The position numbers and the translations under genes are program-made. A stretch of 63,072 nt of DNA, the filler included, from Chiloscyllium plagiosum (taxonomy: Eukaryota), in NCBI RefSeq assembly GCF_004010195.1. It is 3 parts of one record of this genome, joined end to end, with 100 filler letters (N's around TTAATTAATTAA, not from the genome) between each part and the next. Parts side by side here need not be neighbours in the genome. Positions count along the whole stretch, not along the records: positions 1 to 25,566 come from NC_057712.1; 2 more parts are not named here. The stretch is one strand, 5' to 3'. The notes beneath the pieces are model-generated. The model ran no database searches. It was not told the DNA's origin and saw nothing but the letters and a program-made list of their open reading frames with translations. Below, piece after piece: positions 13,810 through 25,666 of this stretch (the first letter of the stretch is position 1; the number at the start of each line of letters is the position of its first letter).

Positions 13810-16512
13810 GCCCAGTGCAAGGCAGAGTGAACCCAGCACAGGATTGGGTAGACAGTGAGGCGTGCGTGTGTTGGGAGGGGGGAGTGAGCTCACTGTATGT
13901 GTGGGGGCGGGAGGTGAGCCCAGTACAGGGGGAGGAGTGAGCCCAGTGCAGGGGGGAAGAGTGAGCCCAGTGCAGGGGGGAAGAGTGAGCCCAGTACAGG
14001 GGGAGGNNNNNNNNNNNNNNNNNNNNNNNNNNNNNNNNNNNNNNNNNNNNNNNNNNNNNNNNNNNNNNNNNNNNNNNNNNNNNNNNNNNNNNNNNNNNNN
14101 NNNNNNNNNNNNNNNNNNNNNNNNNNNNNNNNNNNNNNNNNNNNNNNNNNNNNNNNNNNNNNNNNNNNNNNNNNNNNNNNNNNNNNNNNNNNNNNNNNNN
14201 NNNNNNNNNNNNNNNNNNNNNNNNNNNNNNNNNNNNNNNNNNNNNNNNNNNNNNNNNNNNNNNNNNNNNNNNNNNNNNNNNNNNNNNNNNNNNNNNNNNN
14301 NNNNNNNNNNNNNNNNNNNNNNNNNNNNNNNNNNNNNNNNNNNNNNNNNNNNNNNNNNNNNNNNNGAGTGAGCCCAGTGCAGGGGGGGAGTGAGCCCAGT
14401 GCAGGGGGAGAGTGAGCCCAGTGAGGGGTGGGGAGGAGTGAGCCCAATGCAGGGGAGGAGAGTGAGCCCAGTAGAGGGGAGGAGTGAGCCCAGTGCAGGG
14501 GGATGAGTGAGCCCAGTGCAGGGGAGGAGAGTGAGTCCAATGCAGGGACGGAGAGTGAGCACAGTGCAGGGGGAGGAGTGAGCCCAGTGCAGGGAGACGA
14601 GTGAGCTTAGTGCAAGGGGGAGAGTGAGCCCAGTGCAGGGGGAGGGTGATCCCAGTGCAGGGGGGAAGAGTGAGCCCAGTGCAGAGGGAGGAATGAGCCC
14701 AGTGCAGGGGGAGAGTGAACCCAGTGCAGAGAGAGCGAGAGCTCAGTGTAAGGGGGAGAGTGAGCCCAGTACTGGGGGGAGAGTGAGACCAGTGCAAGGG
14801 GGAGAGTGAGCCCAGTGCAGGGGTAGAGTGAGCCCAGTGCAGAGGGAGAGTGAGCCCAGTGCAGAGGGAGAGTGAGCCCAGTGCAGGGGGAGAGTGAGCC
14901 CAGTGCAGGGGGAGGAGTGAGCCCAGTGCAAGGGGAGGAGTGAGCCCAGTGCAGGGGGAGAGCGAGCCCAGTGCAGGGGGGGAGAGTGAGCCTAGTGCAG
15001 AGGAAGAGTGAGCCCAGTGCAGAGGGAGGGTGAGCCCAGTGCAGGGAGAGTGAGCCCAGTGCAGGGGGGGATGTGAGTGAGCCCAGTGCAAGGGGAAGAG
15101 TGAGCCCAGTGAAGGGGGAGGAGTGAGCCCAGTGCAGGGGGAGAGTGAGCCCAGTGCAGAGGGGGGGTGAATGAGCCCAGTGCATGGGAGGAGAGTGATC
15201 CCAGTGCAGAGGGAGGAGTGAGCCCAGTGCAGGGGGAAAGTGAGCCCAGTGCAGAGGGAGCGTGAGCTCAGTGTAAGGGGGAGAGTGAGCCCAGTGTGTG
15301 GGGGTAGAGTGAGCCCAGTGTTGGGACGACAGTGAGCCCATTGAGGGGGAAGAGTGAGCCCAGTGCAGGGGAAGAGTGAACTCAGTGTGGGGGGAGGGTG
15401 AGTGAGGCCAGTGTGGGGAGGAGAGTGAGCCCAGTGTGGGGGGAGAGTGAGCCCAGTGCATGGGGAGACTGAGCCCAGTGTGGGGAGGAGAGTGAGCNNN
15501 NNNNNNNNNNNNNNNNNNNNNNNNNNNNNNNNNNNNNNNNNNNNNNNNNNNNNNNNNNNNNNNNNNNNNNNNNNNNNNNNNNNNNNNNNNNNNNNNNNNN
15601 NNNNNNNNNNNNNNNNNNNNNNNNNNNNNNNNNNNNNNNNNNNNNNNNNNNNNNNNNNNNNNNNNNNNNNNNNNNNNNNNNNNNNNNNNNNNNNNNNNNN
15701 NNNNNNNNNNNNNNNNNNNNNNNNNNNNNNNNNNNNNNNNNNNNNNNNNNNNNNNNNNNNNNNNNNNNNNNNNNNNNNNNNNNNNNNNNNNNNNNNNNNN
15801 NNNNNNNNNNNNNNNNNNNNNNNNNNNNNNNNNNNNNNNNNNNNNNNNNNNNNNNNNNNNNNNNNNNNNNNNNNNNNNNNNNNNNNNNNNNNNNNNNNNN
15901 NNNNNNNNNNNNNNNNNNNNNNNNNNNNNNNNNNNNNNNNNNNNNNNNNNNNNNNNNNNNNNNNNNNNNNNNNNNNNNNNNNNNNNNNNNNNNNNNNNNN
16001 NNNNNNNNNNNNNNNNNNNNNNNNNNNNNNNNNNNNNNNNNNNNNNNNNNNNNNNNNNNNNNNNNNNNNNNNNNNNNNNNNNNNNNNNNNNNNNNNNNNN
16101 NNNNNNNNNNNNNNNNNNNNNNNNNNNNNNNNNNNNNNNNNNNNNNNNNNNNNNNNNNNNNNNNNNNNNNNNNNNNNNNNNNNNNNNNNNNNNNNNNNNN
16201 NNNNNNNNNNNNNNNNNNNNNNNNNNNNNNNNNNNNNNNNNNNNNNNNNNNAGGGGGTGAATGAGCCCAGTGCGGGGAGAGGAGAGTGAGCCCAGTGCGG
16301 GGAGGGAGTGAGTGAGCCCAGTGCGGGGAGGGGGTGAGTGAGCCCAGTGCGGGGAGGGGTGAGTGAGCCCAGTGCGGGGAGGGGGTGAGTGAGCCCAGTG
16401 TGGGGAGGGGGTGAGTGAGCACTGTGCGGGGAGGGGGAGAGTGAGCCCTGTACGGGGAGGGGGGGAGTGAGCCCAGTGCGGGGAGGGGGTGAGTGAGCCT
16501 AGAGCAGGGGGA
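13810..16512. repeat. G-rich minisatellite, 20-26 bp unit with core GAGTGAGCCCAGTGC(A/G)GGG
   Basis: Dozens of directly visible units with variable G/A spacers, interrupted by two N gaps. It explains the long repetitive ORFs in the track. Confidence 0.97.
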
Positions 16513-16554
16513 GAGCGCAAGCCTTGAAGTGATGTCAGTGAGGTACACTGAGCA

Positions 16555-16785
16555 ACAAAAGATGGCGTCTGAGCAGCAGGCACTTCGACATTAGCTCAGC
16601 ATGGCGAGGCAGCCGTGGATCGGAGCCGGCTCTGACCCATACGTAGGTGCCAAATCTTCTCATTTTCTCTTATTCTTAAACTGTCAAAATGGTCCAAGAT
16701 CATGGCGACAGAAAATAGCTTTTCAAGGTATTTTATTATATTTCACTGTAAAATACATGTGACAATAAATCATTCATTCATTAAA
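16555..16785 (+). mobile_element. Short non-autonomous element with a Rex1/Babar-like LINE tail
   Basis: Ends in ttttca...tacatgtgacaataaa(tcat)n, similar to the tail at about 32675 on the minus strand. Confidence 0.45.
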
Positions 16786-17555
16786 TCTTCCTGCCAAAAT
16801 AGTGGTTTAAATTCTGGACCTCCCATTCTGATCACTGTCTTAAAAGCTTTATAACTTTGATAGTCTGTGAAACTTGATGCTGGTTATCTTTGAAATTACC
16901 CTTTTTGCTGCATTATATCTCCCCTGCATTGTTCCTAATGCTGCAACTCGATCTAATCTAAATCCAAGATCCGAGCTGCAATATATGCATAATTTTCCAG
17001 AATGTGAATTTTATCTAACCTTCTCAAACTCCTGAAGAAGTGACAAACCATTAGTGGAATGTTTATGAAGACAAAACTTGATTTTTCTCCTGTATTCCAA
17101 GCATTCTACATAAAGTCATAGCTACCAATCTAACATTACATCCTTCATAAATCAGCTCTGACTAATTATATTCTAAGCATGATATTTTCATGCTCCCAGC
17201 AACACAGAAGTCATCATGTGCACTTGTAAATTTGGCTATTGATTTTGCACATATATGCATTGTTCAGCAGTTAGCATGGTGAACTACTAGTTTGATAATT
17301 AATGATAATTATGCATTTATCACACTGAAATAAATAATCCATGCCAATGGTAATTTTTTGATTATTAACAAGTTTAAATTGCAGCTTTATAAATCACCTT
17401 TAAATCTGTCATTTTTGTCAGCTTGTGAATGTAAGGATAATGATTAGAAATGATTTTGCAAGCTACACATTTCTTATGAAATTGAACTTAATTCTCAGCT
17501 AAAAGGAATTGTTCTTCTCAATTATCCTTAGTTAAATAGGCCATATATTTCTTCA

Positions 17556-20022
17556 TGGAGAAAGTGAGGACTGCAGATGCTGGAGGTCAGAATCAAGAGT
17601 GGGGTGCTGTCCAAAGCATAGCATCCGAGGAGCAGGACGTTTTGGGCAAGACCCCTTCATCAGCAATGAGGCTTGTGAGTCAAGGGGGTGGAGAGATAAA
17701 TGGGAGGGGGGTGTGGCTGGGGAGAAGGTAGCTGAGAGTGTGATAGGTAAATGAAGAAGGGGGCAATGCTGACATGTTGGAGAGGAAGGTGGAGCAGATA
17801 GGTAGGAAGGAAGATGGACAGGTAGGATGGGTCATGAGGGTGGTGCCAAGTTGGAAGGTTGGATCTGGGATAAGGTGGAGAGGGGAAATGAGGAAAACTG
17901 GTGAAATCCACTTTGATTCCGTGTCGTTGGAGGGTCCCAAGATGGAAGCTGAGGTGTTCTTCTTCCAGGCATCGGGTGGTTAGGGTTTGGCGATGGAGGA
18001 TGCCCAGGACAGCATGTCCTTGTCGGAGTGGGAGGGGGCATGGAGGGAATGGTCTTTATGGAAATCGGTTAGGGGAGGGGAGGGAAATATAGCGCTGATG
18101 GTGGGGTCCCTTTGTAGGTGGAGTGGAGGATGATGTGATGTATGCAGAGGTTGGTGGAGTGGAAGGTGAGGACCAGGGGGGCTCTGTCCTTGTTATGGAT
18201 GGGGTTTGAGGGCGGAGGTGCGAGAAATGGATGAGATGCGCTGAGTGGCATCATCAACCACATGGGAGGGGAAATTGCGGTCTTTGAAGAAGGAGGCATC
18301 TGGCAGGTTCAGTGTTGGAATTGGTCCTTGTGGGAGCAGATGCAGCAGTGGCAAGGAATTAGGAAAACTGGATGGCATTTTTACAGAGGCAACATGGGAG
18401 GAGATGTAGTTCAGGTAGCTGTGGGAGTCAGTGGGTTTGTAAAAGAAGACCATGTTGGGTCGGTCACTGTTGATAAAGATGGAGAGGTCCAGGAAGTGGA
18501 GGGAGGTGTCTGAAATGGTCCAGGTGAACTTACAATCAGGGTGGAATATGTTGCTGAAGTTGATGAACTGTTCAACCTCCTCGTGGGAGCACGAGGTGGT
18601 GCCGACACAGTCATCAATGTAGCGGAGGCAAAGGTGAAGTGTGGTGCCGGTGTAACTGTGGAAGATGGACTGTTCCACATAACCGACAAAGAAACAGGCA
18701 TAGCTGGGGTCCATGGCGGTGCCAATGGCTACCGGGATTTTGTCTGCAGGAAGTAGGAGGATTCAAAGGAGAAATTATTGAGGGTGAGGACTAGTTCAGC
18801 CAAACAAATGACAGTATCAGTGGAAGGGTACTGGTGGGGATGCCGGGAGAGGAAGAAACGAGGGCTTGGGGGCCTTCGTCATGGTGGATGGAGGTGCAGA
18901 GGGACTGGATGTCAATGCCTCATCTTCAATGGGGGTCAAGGAAACAAAAGCCTTGGAGGAGGTGAAGGGCATTGATGGTGTCCCAAATGTATGTGTGGAC
19001 TTCCTGGACCAGGGGGATAGGACAGTATCAAGGTATGCGGAGATGAGTTCAGTGATGCAGGAGCAGGCTGAGATGATGGGTTGGCCGGGGCGATCAGGTT
19101 TGTGCCCAGTGCTCACCTTCCACCCCACCAACCTCTGCACACATCACATCATCCTCCGCCATTTCCACAACCTACAAACGGACCCCACCACCAGAGATAC
19201 ATTTCCTTCTCCTCCCCTATCTTTTTTCCGTAAAGACCATTCCCTCCGTGACTCTCTTGTCAGGTCCATGCTTCACACCCCCCCCAAAACCAACCCACAC
19301 CCTCCCGGCACCTCCCCTTGCCACCACAGGAATTGCAAAACCTGCGCCCACACATCCCCCCTCACCTCCGTCCAAGGCCTCAAAGGAGCCTTCCACATCC
19401 ATCAAAGTTTTACCTGCACTTCCACACGTCATTTACTGTGTCCAATGCTCCCGATGTAGTCTCCTCTACACTGGGGAGACAGGAGGCCTAGTTGCAGAGC
19501 GCTTCAGAGAACATCTCCAGGACACCTGCACCAACCAGCCCCATCACCCATGGCCAAACACTTCAACTGGCCCTCCCATTCCCCCAAGGTCCTGTGCCTC
19601 TTCCATCACCACACCCTTATCACCAATGTCTGGAGAAAGAGCACCTCATCTTCCGCATTGGGACTCACCAACCCCATGGCATTAATGTGGAATTCACCAG
19701 TTTTCTCATTTCCCCTCCTCCCATCTTATCCCAGTTCCAACCTTCCAACTCGGCACCACCCTCATGACCTGTCCTACCTGTCCATCTTTTTTCCCAGCTA
19801 TCCGCTCCACCCGCTTCTCTGATCTATCACCATTACCCCACTTCTGTCAACGTATTGTAATCTCAGCTACCTTACCCCAGCCCCACCCATCCCCCATACA
19901 TCTCACCACTCCCTCGGCTCACAAGCCTCATTCCTGAAGATGGGCTCTTGCCCAAAACGTCGATTCTCCTGCTCCTCAGATTCGGCCTGACCTGCTGTGC
20001 TTTTCCAGCACCCTACTCGCGA
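17556..20022. mobile_element. Penelope-like retroelement (Neptune-type) in an inverted, tail-out arrangement
   Basis: The minus arm (about 17556-19105) has RT motifs PSYACFFVGYVE and LRYIDDC. The plus arm (about 19105-20022) has a Cys linker PCHHRNCKTC and a GIY-YIG-like VIYCVQCSRCSLLYTGETG. The 10-bp direct repeat catatatttc lies at 17542 and 20023. Confidence 0.9.
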
Positions 20023-20824
20023 CATATATTTCATTGTGTTGATGTCAAGCTAATTGTCATTTCGTTGCCAGCATAAAGCAATTTTCTAAATGCATTAATA
20101 GTGTTGCTCATATCCATCAGTACAGTTGTAAACATTTTAACCACATGGGACTGGGTTATTTAATCATTTATTGTACCTTCAGTGTTTGGTTTTCTTTTGG
20201 GCTCTTTATCTTCACCTTCTGACAAGCCATCCTCCACCCTTGGTATGACCGAAGGTCCAGCAAATTCTTCCCTTTCTACTGGGCATGAACATGAAGTCAG
20301 CATGAGACAGCAATGACGCCGGCTGGTGAGTTGTCTACTTCTAGGCCTGAGGCCTAAATCATCCTTAGAAACAGACATTTCATCTGGACAACTTCTTTTC
20401 TCAATGGAAAGAACTCTCATACTTAATCTTGAAGTGTTCATGATGTTAAAGTTATTCCAAAATGAATTGTTTAAAAGAAGCAAAACTTCTTTTTAAAGTT
20501 TGAATGTGTCTGGAGATTTTTGCTGCTTTGAACTTTTATTTCTGTTTCTGTCAACACTTACTTGCAGACTTCATTATGTCACTGTGTTTACAGTTGTATT
20601 GCTTCAAAATAATTTATTTTGGATTCTTCACACTTCTGGTTGAAGATCATGCTAGAAATCAAGGCATTGGTGCTGAATGGTCAAATATTTACACACAACC
20701 TTATGTAATGCACTTCAGTCACGATTTACAGGGTAAAGTTTTGATTCGGTCTTGGGGCATGTAGTATATTCAGTCTGGATGCACCCTCTGGATTTTCTGA
20801 TGCACTGCATTTGTACTTTCCAGG

Positions 20825-20884
20825 TTATAGCAAAACACATTTCTGTTCAGTTGTGATGGGCAGCTGCAGGTCCAATTTCAGTAT
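20825..20884 (-). other. Candidate terminal coding exon of an unidentified gene (ILKLDLQLPITTEQKCVLL*)
   Basis: Strong acceptor ttttctttttttgcag|ATA, phase-compatible with the 22798-23161 exon. The peptide ends in a CaaX-like CVLL. Confidence 0.3.
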
Positions 20885-21136
20885 CTGCAAAAAAAGAAAA
20901 ATTACTTGTAATATTTAGTTGTTTTATCACTGTCACCACTTTGTCATGTTGCTTTACTCGAGTAGGAAGAACCTAATCCCTACAGTTGGTCAAGGAACTT
21001 ATAAAGTAACAGTAAGTAAAAGTATTTTCCCAAGGTAAGCTACAAAGTCACTATAAGGTGCTTACGGTATGATAATTACATTTTAAAGTACACAACTGAA
21101 TGGCATTCTTTGATTAAGCCCTTAGAGTCCCATTAA

Positions 21137-21378
21137 GGCACTTATGGTACAGTGGTATTGCCCCTACCTCTGAACCAGGAAGCTCAGGTTCAAGTCCCTC
21201 CTACTCTAGAGGTGTATCATAATATCTCTGAATAGGCTGATTAGAAAATATCTCTTTGAGTCCCCCACCTTGTGGCACATTGACAGTTTCCCTACTTTTG
21301 AGCCAAGAGATCCAGATTCAACCTGTTCTAGAGGCTTCAAATAACATCTCTGAACAGGTTAATTAGAAAATATCTACA
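21137..21378 (+). mobile_element. Tandem pair of short tRNA-derived SINE-like units
   Basis: Two diverged units of about 110 bp with A/B-box-like motifs (tggtacagtggt, ggttcaagtccc). Both end tctctgaa(t/c)agg...attagaaaatatct. Confidence 0.6.
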
Positions 21379-21469
21379 ATAAGGAGATATATCGCTCCAG
21401 TGTCTAACTCCCTGGACCTCTTATTGACATACTGGTAATGTCCCTACATCTAATCAGGTTAATATAATG

Positions 21470-22290
21470 TTTTTTATTGACTTGTGGGACATAGGCTTTG
21501 CTGGCTGGTCCAGTATTTACTACCTGCCCTCAAAAAGGTGCCATCCATGTGCTGTGCATGGACTCTGAATGCTCTTAGGGAGGGAATTCCACGGTTTTGA
21601 CCCAGTGACAGTGAAGGAACAGCAATATATTTCCATGTCAGGATGGTTGAGTGGCTTGGAGGGGAACTTGTGGATGCTGTGTCGTAATGCCAACTTTCTA
21701 TTGCTCTTGTCCTTGCAGATGAAAATGGTTGTGGCTTTAGAAGGTGCTGTCCAAGGATCTTTGGCCAATTTCTTCAATGCACTTTGTAGATAGTACATAT
21801 TGCTGTTCATGAACATTGGTGCTGGAGTGACTGAATGTTTATGAATGTACCACAAATCAAGCAGGCTACTTTGTCCTGGGAGGTGACAAGCTTCTTGATG
21901 TTTATGGAGTTGCAGTCACCCAGGCAGGTAGAGAGCGTTCTATCACACTCCTGATTTGTGCCTTGCAGATGATAGACAGATGAGTCAGGCAGCAGCCTGA
22001 TGTAGCTGTACTCACAGAATAATCAGTAGCAAAATGCCCCAGCCACCGTTATCACCATCCTTGGATGTGTTCTGTCCCCCACGCAGGGCAGACCCGGTAG
22101 AGGTGACTACACAGTGTGTACAAACAGGGGGTGGGGGACAGGTTTTCCCCAGCAGTCTTCCACATTGACTCCAGACACCATGGGAAAGGAAACCTCCTGC
22201 TGATTACCACGTACCATCCTCCCTTCGCTGATGACTCTGTGCTCCTTCATGTTGAGCAACACTTGCAAGAAGTATTGAGGGAGGCAAGGA
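21470..22290. mobile_element. CR1/L2-type LINE: minus-strand 3' end joined to a plus-strand APE endonuclease fragment
   Basis: Minus part: SFTVTGSKPWNSLP and the tail shared with the Deu-SINE. Plus part: QQPDVAVLTE and GNLLLITTYHPP..D.SVLLHVEQHL. Confidence 0.75.
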
Positions 22291-22797
22291 CCTGTTGGGT
22301 ACAGGTGCTGTAGTATTGACTAAGACAAAATATTAATTTAAATTTTATAAGTATTCTTTTGAATATTCCCTTTGTTACAGAGCCCCTAAAAATGGTGTCT
22401 CCTTTACATTTAGTTTAATTCAGTTTAATTAACTGTTTTTTCAAGATAATAAAGTTGGAGAACATCTCCATGGATGTGCTCATGTGCATTACCAACTGGC
22501 CATGATCTGGTCTGGACAGTGACATATGAAGTGGACGTTATACCTGATTATCTTCCTCTCTTCTATAGTTACACCTGCACCCACCTTGCCTTGGAAAGTG
22601 AGCATGCTGTATTCATGGATATGCTTCAGACCTGGTACAGCTACTGGGTACCACAGGGGCCGAAATGCATCGGCCCACTACAAAGTGAAAGGGGATCCTG
22701 CAGCACTGGCTACAATTCTCTTCCTAGTGACACTGTCACTCAGGCATGCTTTGACCAACATTAACCTGCATTCTGAGAAAGAATGCAACACACTTAC

Positions 22798-23161
22798 ATC
22801 ATAAATCTCTGATTTTCTTTCATATTTATTTTGCTTTTTTTCTCCTTCATGTTGTGTTATTTTTAGATTATGTTCTAACACACAACCGAGGTGCCAGTAG
22901 GTGGCACACATAGCTGGTGAAGCTGAAGAGTCAAGAGAAAAGGTTGGTAGAAAGTGACAGCATGCAAGAGGCCAATAATTCTTATTCATTAATCTTCTGT
23001 GTAAATATGAGTCAAATTCAAAATATATTATTGGCAGTAGATCATAGATATGTGAAAATTGTGATGTAAAGTAGAAAATTTCCACCTTCAATGTACAATT
23101 TTGCGCAAATGTATAATTATCATCCTTAAGTGGGTCACAGCTCACCCACTGAATGTTCTTC
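22798..23161 (-). other. Candidate internal coding exon (364 nt) of an unidentified gene
   Basis: Acceptor tttctgttgcttctgtag|G and donor GAT|gtaagt enclose 121 uninterrupted codons (KNIQWVSCDP...KSEIYD) in non-repetitive sequence. Confidence 0.45.
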
Positions 23162-24483
23162 CTACAGAAGCAACAGAAACATCAAAACACTTCTTGAAAA
23201 AATCAGAAAACATCACAGCTGAGCAGAATTGCCAAGACCTTTCTTTACTTTGGCACAAGAAGGAATAAATTCTACTGTGGTCTAGCATGAAATATTAGTT
23301 TCAATAAACAATGAAATTATAACCAGTGATACCGAAAGTGTAGGGAGCGATGCTACAGATGTTGTTTTTGACACTAATGATGAAACTTTCAAAGTATTAA
23401 CAAACACTGAGAAAATAGTTGCAGATATAAATCTTGCACCTGAGTATTTTCAGTCTGCCATTTAGGTTACAGGAATTATTAGTAAAAGTTGTACAGTAAA
23501 AATTGTATATGTAATTAAAATAAAGTCAAGTAAATTAAAACGAATGCAAATAAATTCCTTATGAAAGAAAATACTTGTTAAGAAATGTTTTCAAGTATAA
23601 TGATTTTTGGCTAATTTAGGTATTGTGTTTTGTTATATTGCTAATTAAAATAATTATGTGAAAAGATAATTAAGTGAATTGTGAATGAAATCTGTTAAAT
23701 ATTCTGTTCACATGCCAAGTGGGTGAATATCTCAGCTTATTACTTAATAAAACATTTCTGTTATCTTATTTTTATAACTTTTGACACTTTCATCCCTCTA
23801 TCTTACATTTTGGTCAGCAATACTCCATAGACACTGTCAAACAATGCACAGCAGCCAATCGTTGATTAGCCAGCAGCTCTCGTCTCTATCTCGGGTACCT
23901 GATTCTGAGGATGGCCCACCACTGCCCAGTTAAGTGGCTTACTGCTGCTTATTTTGAAATATTTTTTTAAAAATAGGTAAAGCAGGTAGTTCCTTGGTCA
24001 ATGGCCAATTAAACATTACCCATCATATGTAGAATTAATCTTGGCTCTGTAGAGAAAATTATAGTCAGACTCCATCCAAATCTCATTTGGATTTCCAGCC
24101 TCTTTCAAACTGGAATCAACTATGACAATCAAGAGCTGGATTTTTAATTGATTTTTGTCAGATCCTTACCCAGGAGTGCCATGATTATTTACAGTACTCC
24201 AAATGCTGCCACAGTTCTGACTGGTGAACGCTGTAGATATTACTAATTGAAAGAAGGTTTATGCTGGTTTTTACTGAATCATGTTACATCAGTCAGTATC
24301 TTTCTCAACAAAGCAATTTGGAACATCTTACTCAAGAAAAAGAGAAACTATTGGCCCCACTTAATGTTTTTCAAAGCACTGAAACATTCTTAAGTTCCAT
24401 TCGAGCACTTGCTATTAATATTATTGTTGCCAACCGACATGATGTCAGTCAGTACAAAACATTGAGCTACAGTTACCGAGAAG

Positions 24484-24683
24484 TCATGATTTGGAGATGC
24501 CGGTGTTGGACTGGGGAGCGCAAGGTTAAAAATCACACATCACCAGGTTATAGTCCAACAGGTTTAATTGGAAGCACAAGTTTTTGGAGCATCGCTCCTT
24601 CATCAGGTGGTAGTGAAGTAGCGTCGCTCCAAAAGCTAGTGTGCTTCCAATTAAACCTGTTGGACTATAACCTGGTGTTGTGT
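24484..24683. mobile_element. Fold-back PLE mini-element (family B)
   Basis: Starts gatttggagatgccggtgttggactgg. Inverted arms caccaggttatagtccaacaggtttaattggaagcac / gtgcttccaattaaacctgttggactataacctggtg. Flanked by gttacc(g/t)agaag at 24472 and 24682. Confidence 0.8.
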
Positions 24684-25002
24684 TACCTAGAAGAACTTTG
24701 TACTGGAATTATTGAGAACTCATTGTTGAATTTCCAATGTAAAAGTTCACATTTAAGTTGAACATAGTGCTGCATATAGAACCTCATCTCTGTGGATTGC
24801 TACTGTTGTGTTATGGCATTGATTTCAAACCAAGTAGTTCTAAACATTTACATGTTATAAATGCCAGTTTAAAGCTACTGACCTCACTTGGCATCACTTT
24901 TTCTGTGTCATGGAATCAGTACAGTGTGTTCAGTCACTTATGTGTATGTTGTACAGCACAGTATATTAACATCAGTTAGCACAAAACCCACTATGTGTAA
25001 AA

Positions 25003-25566
25003 AGGTTTGTGAGAAGATTTGTAGCCTGGGTGCTCGTTGTTGTGGTTCTGTTCGCCGAGCTGGGAATTTGTGTTGCAGACATTTCGTCCCCTGTCTAGGT
25101 GACATCCTCAGTGCTTGGGAGCCTCCTGTGAAGCGCTTCTGTGATCTTTCCTCCGGCATTTGTAGTGGTTTGTATCTGCTGTTTCCTGTTGTCAGTTCCA
25201 GCTGTCTATTGCAGTGGCCGGTATATTGGGTCCAGGTCGATGTGCTTATTGATTGAATCTGTGGATGAGTGCCATGCCTCTAGGAATTCTAGGCTGTTCT
25301 CTGTTTGGCTTGTCCTATAATAGTAGTGTTGTCCCAGTCGAATTCATGTTGCTTGTCATCTGTGTGTGTGGCTACTAAGGATAGCTGGTCATGTCGTTTC
25401 GTGGCTAGTTGGTGTTCATGGATGCGGATCGTTAGCTGTCTTCATGTTTGTCCTATGTAGTGTTTTGTGCAGTCCTTGCATGGGATTTTGTACACTACAT
25501 TGGTTTTGCTCATGCTGGGTATCGGGTCCTTCGTTCTGGTGAGTTGTCGTCTGAGAGTGGCTGTTG
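25003..25566 (-). mobile_element. Penelope-like element (family C): GIY-YIG endonuclease end plus terminal repeat
   Basis: The minus strand translates to KTNVVYKIPCKDCTKHYIGQT*RQLTIRIHEHQLA...HEFDWDNTTII. A hammerhead-like core lies at 25078-25111. The element is truncated by the gap. Confidence 0.88.
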
Positions 25567-25666
25567 NNNNNNNNNNNNNNNNNNNNNNNNNNNNNNNNNN
25601 NNNNNNNNNNTTAATTAATTAANNNNNNNNNNNNNNNNNNNNNNNNNNNNNNNNNNNNNNNNNNNN
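25567..25666. other. Artificial assembly linker (44 N + TTAATTAATTAA + 44 N)
   Basis: Exactly 100 nt with stops in all six frames. An identical construct lies at 56878-56977. Confidence 0.95.

Noticed and set aside
13810..16512. CRISPR-like repeat-spacer appearance
   Set aside because: The spacers are short G/A runs rather than unique 30-40 nt sequences, there are no cas genes, and the context is vertebrate.
13661..16583. Long ORFs (476, 658, 388 aa and others) with HWAHS/CTGLT/ALGSL repeats
   Set aside because: They are translations of the minisatellite and N gaps, open in several frames at once.
16555..16710. AAGATGGCG (YY1/Kozak-like) CpG patch as a promoter
   Set aside because: It runs into a LINE-type tail (tgtgacaataaa-tcat repeats), so it is better explained as a retroposed element.
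24261..25256. ORFs of 166 and 122 aa on the plus strand
   Set aside because: They run through a PLE mini-element and the antisense strand of a PLE, so they are likely chance open frames.
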